64,000 nucleotides of DNA from contig CBDCXV010000011.1 of assembly GCA_965223905.1 (NCBI GenBank), positions 960,001-1,024,000 on the forward strand. Reading direction: 5' to 3'. The stretch is from Candidatus Latescibacterota bacterium (GTDB lineage: Bacteria; Latescibacterota; UBA2968; UBA8231). A program made the translations under genes and the position numbers. Positions within the stretch are counted from its first letter, which is position 1, and each line of letters starts with the position of its first letter. The notes under the pieces are model-generated. The model was not told where the DNA came from. It saw only the letters and a program-made list of their open reading frames with translations, and made no database searches. Below are positions 19,996 through 28,955 of the stretch, one piece after another.

Positions 19996-20835
19996 TCAGT
20001 CCAGCACCCTGGCGGGGGCCAGGGCCAGCGCCGTCTCGGTCGAGCCTGCGAACGGGGCGGTGCTGAAGACGGCGTGCCCGAGCATGATCATCGAGGCAGA
20101 CCCTCCCGAGGCCTCCACCGAAGCGACCGCCTCCCTGACCCGGGGATCGGTCATCAGGCCGCTGTCCCCGGCGAACTGCCTGGAGATGCGCACGCACTCG
20201 GCGACCGCCACCCCCTCCCGGCCGGTCAGCCCGGACAGCTGCCGCAGGGCGGCGTCCGCGGCCTGGTTCACCGAGGCGCGGCGGTCGGGATCGGACAGCA
20301 CCTCCCGGGTGCTTATCGGCCCGAAATACCGGAAATGGATCGGCTCCCCCTCCGCAACCGCCAGGCGCTGCGCCACCAGCGGCGCCCCCGGCCTCAGCTT
20401 GACCAGGCATCCGCCGTGGTACTGGGCGCAGACGTCCCCGAGGCCGGTCAGGTTCTCCACCTCGGCCACGTGGGCGTGCAGTGCCAGCTCTTCGGCGGCC
20501 ATGCCGAGGCCGAGGAGGCGGTCGATGGCGTACGCCGCGCCGAGGGCGGAGGCGCCGCTCAGGCCGAATCCGCAGCTCAGCGGCAGGGCCGACTCGACGG
20601 AGACGTGGAAATCGCGGTCGCTTAGCCGTCTGGTCAGGGTCGCCACCGTCGGGAAGCGGATCTCCTCGCCGTTGAAGGTGACCGCGGTACGGGAGGATTC
20701 CGAAACCATGACCTCGGCCCCCTCGGTAACGGTGAAGCTGAGCCCGAGGGAGTGCATCTTCTCCGGATTGTCGTCGGCGATGATCTTGAAGAGGCCGGAA
20801 ATGCTTCCGGGTGCGAAGGCGGTGGCCGACCTCAT
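19996..20835 (-). CDS. poK: pantoate kinase (archaeal-type, GHMP kinase family)
   Basis: AFAPGSISGLF, PLSCGFGLSGASAL (GHMP loop), AHVAEVENLTGLGDV, SMIMLGHAVF; 2 bp upstream of pps. Confidence 0.9.
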   Translation of the reverse strand: MRSATAFAPGSISGLFKIIADDNPEKMHSLGLSFTVTEGAEVMVSESSRTAVTFNGEEIRFPTVATLTRRLSDRDFHVSVESALPLSCGFGLSGASALGAAYAIDRLLGLGMAAEELALHAHVAEVENLTGLGDVCAQYHGGCLVKLRPGAPLVAQRLAVAEGEPIHFRYFGPISTREVLSDPDRRASVNQAADAALRQLSGLTGREGVAVAECVRISRQFAGDSGLMTDPRVREAVASVEASGGSASMIMLGHAVFSTAPFAGSTETALALAPARVLD

Positions 20836-20916
20836 GAAGGGCGGCCTGCGGGGTTCGCTGTACTGGACGCGGATCGGCTGGGTGTCATTGCGGTTCGCAG
20901 CTGGTCGCCCGGCCGA

Positions 20917-21713
20917 TCAGCTGCCGGCGTTGACGCCGGGACCGCGGCGGTTGGCCTCGAGCGACATCAGGTCGTCGGCAGCGACGTTGCCGATGTTGAC
21001 CTCGGTTCCGTAGCGGTCGATCAGCTCGCACCGGAAGCGATGGACGTCGCTCGCGGTCACCCCGCCGATCCAGGGACCGGGAAGCTCGAACATCACCTTC
21101 TCCAGACCGGGGGAGGCAACGATGTCCTCGACCGCTGCCGATGTCGCGCTGTCGTCCGCCAGCAGCTCGGCCGCCTCCAGCAGGATGAGCCGGGCCCCGC
21201 CTTCGAGGCATATCCTGGCGTTGTCCAGCGGAGGTATGGAGTTTTCGAGCCCTCCTTCCTGCCGACCTCGCCGAGGACCTTCAGGCCGAACCCTTCCCTT
21301 GCCCTGCGGATCGTCGCCTCCTTCCAGGCCGCGGTGGCCGGCAGCAGGTTGTCGGAGACCTCGACCCAACGGTAGCCGGTCTCCGCGACCGCTTCGAAAT
21401 AGCGCTCGAGCTTCCCTTCCGTTTCCGCATACTCGAGGTACTGTCCGCCCGGAAACGGCTCTATGTCCCCGGCGAGATAGGAGTCGATCTTGCCCTGCAG
21501 AAGGGGGCCTGAAAGAAGCCGGGAAACCCCGACCGCCACTTTGGCGAAATCGATACAGGAACCGCCGGCATCCAGCAGGTCCCTCTGCCGGTTCGGTCCC
21601 ATTCCCCAGTCGACGACCATGGTCAGGCCTGCCGGCCGCGGTTTTTGCGAACGCTGCCCCGCCTGCTTTCCGTCCAGTCCCTCGAAACGCTTCGCTCCAT
21701 TGAGCCTATCCAC
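20917..21713 (-). CDS. comA: phosphosulfolactate synthase (ComA)-like TIM barrel protein, frameshifted near 21250
   Basis: KPRPAGLTMVVDWG, IDFAK, PGGQYLE, VEVSDN, GEVGRKE, then after a missing G in a G run ILLEA, FELP, VNIGNV, LEANRRG. Confidence 0.8.
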
Positions 21714-21746
21714 TGAATCGCTTGTCTTTGATGTCGAGAAACTACG

Positions 21747-23306
21747 ATGCGGCAGAAAGCAGATAAAGCTCCATCACCCCTCCGGCGACTCGCCTGTCCG
21801 CTTCTCGCCGGCATGCTGGCTGCCGCGGGACCTGCTGCTTCCCAGCCGCAGCTGACAGCCCACCACGAATACCAGTTCGGCAACCTGCCCGGGTCGGAGC
21901 CCGGCGATCTGCGCACGGTCTACCAGCAGCTGAACTTCGGTTTCGAAACCTCGGGATTCCTCGCCAGCCTGCGCAGCGAGGCCTTCCGCTCCAGCGCCGG
22001 CGGGCGCGACTACTTCCACCTCGCCCAGAGATCCCTCTCCTACCGGCAGGGAGGTTTCGAGGCGACCGCGGGGACCTACTACACCCTCGTCGGCAGCGGA
22101 CTGCTGCTGCACGCCTTCGAGCTCCCCGGAGTCGTCACCGAAAACCGCGTCTCCCGGAGGCGCTACCAGATCATGCGCGACCTCGACGGATTCCAGGTCC
22201 GCTACCGCCGGGGCGACGTCGACCTGACGTTTCTGACCGGCCGGTCGGTCGACAGCGAGCTCGCCCCTGGCCAGAAGGGACCGGAGCGCCGCCAAGGCCG
22301 CGTTTCCGGGGGGGCCTTCAGCGCCCGTCCCGTGGCCGGCCTCGAGGTCGGGATGGGAGTCCTGGACTTCGACGGCGAAGAGCGCGGGGCCACCACCCAT
22401 GCCCGGGTCCGCTTCGGACCGCTGCTGAAAGCGCTCGGGCTGCCGGACTGGTACGGCGATCTGTACGGCGAGTACGCCCGCATCGATCCGGCCCTCGACA
22501 GCTGGTTCTCCCTCGACCGCGAGCACGCGCGGGCCCTCTACCTCTCCAGCACCTTCACCGGGGGGACCTGGGGGTTGAGCCTCGAATTCAAGGACTACGA
22601 CGACTTCAACTTTCCCGCCATCAACAACCCGCCGACACTGATCCGGGAGCACGAGGCATTCCTCCTGAACCGGCAGACACACACCCTGCTCCCCGACGAC
22701 GAAACCGGGTTTCAGGCGGAGCTGACCTGGGCCCTGCCGCGCCAGGTCGGGCTGATCGCCGCCTGGAACCTCGCCACCCGCCGGGGTTCCCGTCCCGGGG
22801 AGGAGGAGAAGTCGTTGAGCGAGTACTTCCTGCAGCTCGATTCCCCGGTGGGGGAGGAGCTGTACTGGCAGGTCTTCCTCGATTTCGCGCGCAGCCGCAT
22901 TCTCCAGAACGAGCGGCGGGTGACCGCGGGCACCCGGTGGGACTGGTCCGCGGGCTCGCGCTACGCCGTCGCCGCCGACCTGCAGTTCCAGGACGTCGAC
23001 CGCCGCTTCGGCAGCAGGAAGTTTCCCTACGAGAACCTGCTGGCCGCCGCCGAGGTCAGCCGCTTTCCGGCCTGGACCTGGTCGCTGCAGTTGCAGCGGT
23101 CAAACGACCCGCTGGAGGCCGGGGCCTCGCAGTCGGGCGCGACTTACTGGTGGACCCTGGGGGCGAGCTTGCTGTTCCGCGACGCCCACACCGCCACCCT
23201 GTTCGCCGGCAAACGGCGCACCGGTCTCGCCTGCACCGGCGGGACCTGCTACGAAGTGCTGGGGTTCGAAGGGATGGAGATTCGCCTTACGAGCAAAGTG
23301 CTCTGA
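21747..23306 (+). CDS. outer-membrane beta-barrel protein, DUF6029-like
   Basis: Signal peptide (..AAAGPAAS), amphipathic beta-strands, GTYYTLVGSGLLL, EFKDYDDF..NNPPT, C-terminal GKRRTGLACTGGTCYEVLGFEG. Confidence 0.7.
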   Translation: MRQKADKAPSPLRRLACPLLAGMLAAAGPAASQPQLTAHHEYQFGNLPGSEPGDLRTVYQQLNFGFETSGFLASLRSEAFRSSAGGRDYFHLAQRSLSYRQGGFEATAGTYYTLVGSGLLLHAFELPGVVTENRVSRRRYQIMRDLDGFQVRYRRGDVDLTFLTGRSVDSELAPGQKGPERRQGRVSGGAFSARPVAGLEVGMGVLDFDGEERGATTHARVRFGPLLKALGLPDWYGDLYGEYARIDPALDSWFSLDREHARALYLSSTFTGGTWGLSLEFKDYDDFNFPAINNPPTLIREHEAFLLNRQTHTLLPDDETGFQAELTWALPRQVGLIAAWNLATRRGSRPGEEEKSLSEYFLQLDSPVGEELYWQVFLDFARSRILQNERRVTAGTRWDWSAGSRYAVAADLQFQDVDRRFGSRKFPYENLLAAAEVSRFPAWTWSLQLQRSNDPLEAGASQSGATYWWTLGASLLFRDAHTATLFAGKRRTGLACTGGTCYEVLGFEGMEIRLTSKVL

Positions 23307-23452
23307 CCGGCAGAAAACGCGGGACAGCCTCAATGGCAGCGCCGGTTGCCCGAGGGCCTCCGGATTCATTCGATCGGCAAAGGCTGCCCCGGCACCTGCC
23401 ATTTGACCGTACTGTAGACTTGGATCATTTCACACACCAGAAAGGGGGAGCA

Positions 23453-24202
23453 ATGGGCGAGACACCCGGCCGCAGAATCGAAACGGAGGGGGCATTCAAC
23501 ATCCGGGACATTGGGGGCTACCCCACGACGGACGGACGCCGGGTTCGGTGGCGAACCTTCTTCCGCGCCGACAGCATGCACAGGCTGACGGCAAACGACC
23601 AGCAGACCCTTCTCGGGTTCGGGTTGCGCACCGTCATCGACCTGCGCCGGACCCGGGAGCTGGCGGAGCTTCCCAACGTCTTCGCCTCCTCGTCGGAGGT
23701 GAACTACCGCCACCACAACCTCGTCGGCGACGAGCCCCTCCCCTATTCCATCGCGGACGGCACTCCTGCGGACCGGATCTTCGGCTCCTACTCCTCCTGG
23801 ATCGAGCATCGCGAGGAACAGGTGGGCGAGGTACTGGCGATCCTGGCTGGGCGGGAGGCCCTGCCCGCTCTTTACCACTGCGCCGGGGGCAAGGACCGGA
23901 CCGGGGTGATCAGCGCCCTGCTTCTCGAGCTCGCCGGTGTTGCGAAAGAGACGATTGCCCAGGACTACGGCCTGACGGCGAGGTATCTGTGGGATCGCTG
24001 GCAGTCGGAGCCCCCCGAGGTCGAAGGGGGAGCGGTCCTTCGCGACTGGCGCGACTACCAGCGCGAGTTCTGCCCGCCGGAATGCATGGTCAAGGTCCTC
24101 GACTTCCTCGAGGCCCGGTACGGCGGGGCCGAGGGGTTCGCCCGGTCCGCCGGACTTGGCGACCGGCAGATCGACAGCCTCAGGGTGGCCCTGGTGGAGT
24201 AG
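23453..24202 (+). CDS. tyrosine-protein phosphatase (Y_phosphatase3 family)
   Basis: FNIRDIGGY, FRADS, VIDLR, HCAGGKDRTG (CX5R), DYGLT. Confidence 0.92.
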   Translation: MGETPGRRIETEGAFNIRDIGGYPTTDGRRVRWRTFFRADSMHRLTANDQQTLLGFGLRTVIDLRRTRELAELPNVFASSSEVNYRHHNLVGDEPLPYSIADGTPADRIFGSYSSWIEHREEQVGEVLAILAGREALPALYHCAGGKDRTGVISALLLELAGVAKETIAQDYGLTARYLWDRWQSEPPEVEGGAVLRDWRDYQREFCPPECMVKVLDFLEARYGGAEGFARSAGLGDRQIDSLRVALVE

Positions 24203-24370
24203 GCTGTCTGCCGGCGATGTATCCGGCCCGTCGACGATGCAGCGAATTATGCGCAGCCCTGTTTGGGGGGCGCTGCGATGCCCGGCCCAATTGTTTTCGG
24301 GTGGAACCCCGGGGCCGGCCGAAGGTGCCCACCTCCTTCAGCGCCTGTCCGCCGGCGTCGCGCCGGAGGG

Positions 24371-25255
24371 TTACTTCAGCAGGGTAACCTTCCGGGTAAC
24401 CACCCGGCTTTCCTGTCGCACGGATGCGAGGTACACCCCGCTGGCGAGGGCATTCCCTTCCTGGTCGCGTCCGTTCCAGGTCAGGGAGTGCCTGCCCACC
24501 TCGAAATGCCCCGACCAGTCGCGCACCACCCGCCCACTCAGATCGGACAACACCAGGGTCAGCGGCCCGGCCGAGTTCACCGTGAAAGACAGCGTGGTTT
24601 CGGAATTGAAGGGATTCGGGAATGCCTGCCCCACCTCGAACCGGGCCGGAAGCTGCGGCGAAGCCGCTACTTCCGTGGTCACTTCCTCCACCTCTTCTTC
24701 CTCTTCCTCCAGGAATTCCGCGAGGTCCTCGAGAGAGGCTTCGATCGCCTCGCGGATCTCCCCGTCGACGAAGCGCTCGCCGAGCGGCCCGGCCCCGGAA
24801 CGATAGCGGACGATCCCCTCGTGATCGATCACGAAGTAGTAGTCCTGCCCGACGCCGTAGTCACTGCCTACCTGGGACCCGTTGACGAGCATCGGGTAGG
24901 AAGCCAGCCCGTCGTCGATCCACACCGCCTGGACGTTGGCGGGATCGGCGTTCCAGATGTCGATGCCGAGTGCAATCAAGCGGTCGCCCCCGTAGTCCTG
25001 CCATATCGCTTCGGAATTCGCGGCCCCCGCGATACAGTACGGTCAGGTGTTCCCGAGGATGTTGAGAAAGACAACCTTTTCGTCGCGAAAGTCGCCAAGT
25101 GAGACGAGCTGTCCGTCCACGGATTCAAGCTCAAATTCGGGGGCGATATCCCCGGCGACCACCTGCGCCTGGGCCCCGCCCGGCCCACCGACCAAAAATG
25201 CACTGCACGCGACCGTTACGGCCGCCCGCCATCGAGTCCTGTTCCTGGTTTTCAT
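24371..25255 (-). CDS. selenocysteine-containing redoxin (AhpC/TSA-like, UxxC) with C-terminal FlgD-like/T9SS-type sorting domain
   Basis: The track splits it at the in-frame TGA 25043-25045. Read-through gives signal peptide, APEFELESVDGQLVSLGDFRDEKVVFLNILGNT-U-PYC-IAGAANSE..YFVIDHEGIVRY, an acidic linker and FPNPFNSETTLSF..WNGRDQEGNALASGVY. Confidence 0.85.
25001..25037 (-). promoter_or_regulatory. bacterial SECIS-like hairpin
   Basis: Starts 6 nt after the UGA: CUGUAUCGC pairs with GCGAUAUGG, inner GGGG/UUCC stem, apical loop GCCGCGAA beginning with G at +19. Confidence 0.6.
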
Positions 25256-25818
25256 TCGCTCCTGCCTTCCGTCGAATCGGGTTGCGCTGCCAGCAGCTCC
25301 GCCAGCTTGTCGCGGAGCCCGGTTTCGTCCCCTGGTTTGTACCCCACGTGCCTGTAAACTACCGCCCCTTCGGTCGAAATGATCAAGGTAGCCGGCAGGA
25401 CGGAGAGCTGAAACTGCTTCATCACCTCTCTCGTGTGGTCGAGCAGGACCGGCAGCTCTAGCCGGTGGCGCTTCAGGAAGGGCCGCACCTTGGGCTGATT
25501 GCGCGGCCCGTCGGTGTTCACGGTGTATACCCCGACCCCGCGCTGGCGGTATTCCTCGGCGATTTCCTGCAGCTTCGGCAGCGCCTTGATGCACGGCTTG
25601 CACCACGTCGCCCAGAAATCGAGAACCACCGGACCCTGCTTCAGTGCCTCCTGCAGGGAGAACTGCTCGCCGTCGAGAGTCGGCAGCGTGAACTGCGATT
25701 TCTGAGCAGCCGCGGCCGCGGCGGAGAGAAAAAGACACGATCCGATCGAGGCAGCCAGGGCCAGAATGCGGGACAGGGAACGGCAATTCGACGCGATGCT
25801 TCCGGATCTTCGCTTCAC
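25252..25818 (-). CDS. TlpA family thiol-disulfide oxidoreductase
   Basis: Signal peptide, VVLDFWATWCKPC, LPATLII; GTGA overlap upstream and ATGA overlap downstream. Confidence 0.92.
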   Translation of the reverse strand: MKRRSGSIASNCRSLSRILALAASIGSCLFLSAAAAAAQKSQFTLPTLDGEQFSLQEALKQGPVVLDFWATWCKPCIKALPKLQEIAEEYRQRGVGVYTVNTDGPRNQPKVRPFLKRHRLELPVLLDHTREVMKQFQLSVLPATLIISTEGAVVYRHVGYKPGDETGLRDKLAELLAAQPDSTEGRSE

Positions 25819-27044
25819 TCGCCTGACCTCCGGGGAGCTTCGGCCGCCCCCGTATCCGCGGGAACCACGGACTGGACCAGTCCCGGCAGCATCATTCCCG
25901 GAGGCATCGGAATACAGCGCCCCAGCGATTGGTAGCCGCAAACCGTCCCGTCTATCCATGTGGCGCCGATCAGGGAGCACCCTTGGAACCTGACCCGCCC
26001 CAGGCGGGCCCCCTTCAGGTTTGCCCGGCGCAGATCGGCAGCGAAAAAGTTGACCTTGTCGATGACAGCTTCCCCCAGATCGGCCCCCACCAGCCGCGCG
26101 CCGTCGAAGTCGACATCTCCCAGGCGCGCGGACTTCAGGACCGCCCCGTCGAGCTCCGAGCGCACGAAGCGGGCCCCGCGCAGGTCCGCGCCGCTGAGCA
26201 CGGCGCCCCGCAGGGTCGCCCGCGTCAGGTCAGCTCCGGAGAGGTCGGAATCCTTCAAGCTCGTGCTGTCGAAGCTGGCGTCGCGGGCCACGGCCTTTCC
26301 GAGATCGGCCCCGGACAGGACGCTGGCGATCGCATCGGCGCCGGTGAGATCCGCCTTCCGCAAAGTCGCCCCTGACAGGCGCGCCCGGTTGACCACCGCA
26401 CCCTTCAGGTTTGCCCCGGAAAGCCGGGCCCCGGTCAGGTCCGCGGAGGTGAGGTCCGCGGCGCGAAGGTCAGCGCCGCCCAGGTCCGCGGCAGCCAGCC
26501 GCGCCCTCCTGAGATCGGCTCCGGACAGGCTGCAGCCGGGACAATCCTTGGAAACCACTATCGTATCGGGGCGTACGAACAGCGCCCCCACACCCCTGCG
26601 CCCCTCGCCCTGGGATACGCACAGATTGTACCGCCCCCGGGGAATCTCGGCAGTGGCGGACGTCGTAGCGCCGCCGACGCCGAGCAGAACCGCTCCGGAG
26701 GCATCGATCAGCTCGACCCGGCTCGAAGGGTGGGCCCAGGTTCTGATACGCAGGGTTCGCTGCGACCGGCGCTCGAAGACCAGGGGAATCACGTCCGTAC
26801 CGATTTCTCCCGTATCGCCGCGATGGGCCTGCTCCGCCTCCGGGCTTTCGAGGTGAAGGAGGACGACCTGGCCTTCCCTCGCCGCCGCCGCCCCGGTATT
26901 GCCGAGCGAGCGTTCGTCGAGGTGGCTGATCCCCGGAGCGTAGTCCCCCGGCTGGCCGGCGCGGGAGTAGCAGCCGACAAGGACAGCGGCCAGCAGCAGT
27001 GCGCTACCTGCGGTCTGCTTGCCAGGGGGAAACCGCCCTTTCAT
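25815..27044 (-). CDS. pentapeptide-repeat lipoprotein
   Basis: Lipobox VLVGC; CPGCSLSGADLRRARLAAADLGGADL...; long A(D/N)Lxx repeat array; WIDGTVC...GRC cap. Confidence 0.85.
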   Translation of the reverse strand: MKGRFPPGKQTAGSALLLAAVLVGCYSRAGQPGDYAPGISHLDERSLGNTGAAAAREGQVVLLHLESPEAEQAHRGDTGEIGTDVIPLVFERRSQRTLRIRTWAHPSSRVELIDASGAVLLGVGGATTSATAEIPRGRYNLCVSQGEGRRGVGALFVRPDTIVVSKDCPGCSLSGADLRRARLAAADLGGADLRAADLTSADLTGARLSGANLKGAVVNRARLSGATLRKADLTGADAIASVLSGADLGKAVARDASFDSTSLKDSDLSGADLTRATLRGAVLSGADLRGARFVRSELDGAVLKSARLGDVDFDGARLVGADLGEAVIDKVNFFAADLRRANLKGARLGRVRFQGCSLIGATWIDGTVCGYQSLGRCIPMPPGMMLPGLVQSVVPADTGAAEAPRRSGE

Positions 27045-27324
27045 GTTTTGTCGCTCACCATGCAAGAGATGCCATGCCACTTGAAAACCGGTTGAGCAGC
27101 GCTCTCGACCGGATCGGCGTCGAAAAAATACACCATCGCATCTTCCCCCGCGCGCATGGGGACACGGTGCGGCCGGGAATCTTTTTGCCCGGCACCGGAG
27201 GCCGCATCCTCGGGAGGTCCGGCTGCAAGGCAAGGGGCGCCCTGGAGAACCGAGCCCACGTGCAGCCGACGCTTCAGAGCCCCTGGAGTGCCCGGGGGGC
27301 TTCCGTGCACCGGGATCGGCGCCG

Positions 27325-28329
27325 GTGAGCCGCGGTCCCCTGGCGCCGGGCCTGCGCGCCCCGGACTTCGCCCTGCCCTGCCCATCCGGGGACCCGGTGC
27401 GGTTCTACGGCCGCGCCGGCGGCACCCCCTGCGCCCTGATATTTGCCGAGCGCTCACAGGGGGCCGCGGCCGAGGAGTTCGCTACGGCCCTGACCCGCGG
27501 GTGCGAGGCCAGGGTGGAGATCCTTGGGGTCATTTCCGGCGGCGACAGCGAAATCGGGGAAACGCCGTTCTCCTTCGACACCTTCACCGAGCCCGGAACC
27601 CCGGTCAGCGAGCCGTACGGGGTCGCCTCGGCGAAACCGAGAGTCTGCCTGCTCGACGAAAACCTGCGTATCCTCGGGTGGTACGGTCTCGCGGACCCGG
27701 CGCGGGCGGCAGCAGAGGTCGGAGAACTCCTCGCGGAAGACGGACCCGGGCGGGAAGGGAGGCTTGTCGAATCCCCGGCCCCCGTGCTCATCGTCCCGCG
27801 GGTGCTCGACGAGGCCTGGTGCGCGGAGCTGATTTCGAAATGGCGGCGGGATGGGGCCGCGGCCACCGGGGTGGAGGCCAGCCTCGGCGGGCGCCGCGCC
27901 GATGTCGTCGCCTGGGACCGCAAGCGGCGGCGCGACCACGTCGTCAGCGATCCCGGGCTGTTGCAGCAGCTGACATCGCATATCGGGCGCCGGGTCATCC
28001 CCGAGCTGCAGAAGGCCTTCGCCTACCGCGCCACCCGCTTCGAGGGGTTCAAGATCGTCTGCTACGGCTCCGCGGAGGGGGGCTTCTTCCACGCCCACCG
28101 GGACAACCTCAGCCCCTCGACGTCGCACCGCCGTTTCGGGCTCACCGTCAACCTCAACGACGGTTTTCAGGGGGGTGAGCTACGCTTTCCCGAGTACGGC
28201 CCGGACCTGTATCGCCCGCGGGCGGGAGCCGCCATCCTCTTTTCCAGCTCGCTTCTGCACGAGGTGCTGCCGGTGACCGAAGGGGAGCGCTTCTCGCTGC
28301 TGTCCTTCCTGTTCGCAGCCCCGCGATAG
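27325..28329 (+). CDS. redoxin-like domain fused to 2OG-Fe(II) oxygenase
   Basis: GLRAPDFALP N-terminal thioredoxin fold without CxxC; FFHAHRDN, FQGGELRFPEY, LLHEVLPVTEGERF. Confidence 0.85.
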   Translation: MSRGPLAPGLRAPDFALPCPSGDPVRFYGRAGGTPCALIFAERSQGAAAEEFATALTRGCEARVEILGVISGGDSEIGETPFSFDTFTEPGTPVSEPYGVASAKPRVCLLDENLRILGWYGLADPARAAAEVGELLAEDGPGREGRLVESPAPVLIVPRVLDEAWCAELISKWRRDGAAATGVEASLGGRRADVVAWDRKRRRDHVVSDPGLLQQLTSHIGRRVIPELQKAFAYRATRFEGFKIVCYGSAEGGFFHAHRDNLSPSTSHRRFGLTVNLNDGFQGGELRFPEYGPDLYRPRAGAAILFSSSLLHEVLPVTEGERFSLLSFLFAAPR

Positions 28330-28340
28330 GGCCGACCTTC

Positions 28341-28862
28341 TCATTCAGCCCGCCGCTCGGCGACGTGGCGGGCGATCTTCTCCCTAGTCTTGGCGCCGAG
28401 TCCCTTGACCCGGTCGAGCATTCCCGAGGCCAGGGCGGATTGGAGGGCATCGAGGCTGTCGATGCCGTGCTCGGCGTACAGGGTGCGGGCCATCTTCGCC
28501 CCAAGCCCCGGCACCTCGGCGATCTCGAGGAGAGTGATCGGTCTGTGCTCCGCCCACTCCTCTTTTTTGGCGCAGGTGCCGGTCCGCAGGTACTCGCCGA
28601 TCAGAACGGCGATCGTCGGCCCGACGTCGGGAATCTCCCCGAGGCGGCCCTCGGCGTGCAGACCGTCCACCGGCTCGGAGTACCGAGATATGGTGTAGAA
28701 GAGCCGCTTGTAGACCGCGGCGTGGGTCTCCTCGTACCCCCCGATTACTAGGAAATCATGCAGGCGCGCCAGCTCCTCCGCCAGCCAGTCGTTTCTGTGC
28801 CAGCGCTTGCGGCCCTTGGCGTCCGTGTAGGAATCTGCGGATTCCGTATGCGGATCCTTCAT
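28341..28862 (-). CDS. helix-hairpin-helix protein resembling the N-terminal part of DNA polymerase X
   Basis: HhH motifs IPDVGPTIA, VPGLGAKMA, VKGLGAKT; GIDSLDAL; no palm DxD domain; RBS GGGAG. Confidence 0.75.
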   Translation of the reverse strand: MKDPHTESADSYTDAKGRKRWHRNDWLAEELARLHDFLVIGGYEETHAAVYKRLFYTISRYSEPVDGLHAEGRLGEIPDVGPTIAVLIGEYLRTGTCAKKEEWAEHRPITLLEIAEVPGLGAKMARTLYAEHGIDSLDALQSALASGMLDRVKGLGAKTREKIARHVAERRAE

Positions 28863-28955
28863 TACTCCCCGGATTCAGCAGTCCAGTTTATCGGTTAAAA
28901 AACTCGAGCCTCGCAGAACCAGCGGACCAACTGCTCCCGGTGCAGGACCGCAGTG

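Noticed and set aside
21240-21260. Programmed ribosomal frameshift in comA
   Set aside because: No slippery heptamer; a single missing G in a G run is more simply a sequencing error.
16950-21713. Complete coenzyme M biosynthesis cluster
   Set aside because: No comB/C/D/E and no argininosuccinate/adenylosuccinate lyase-like genes in the window.
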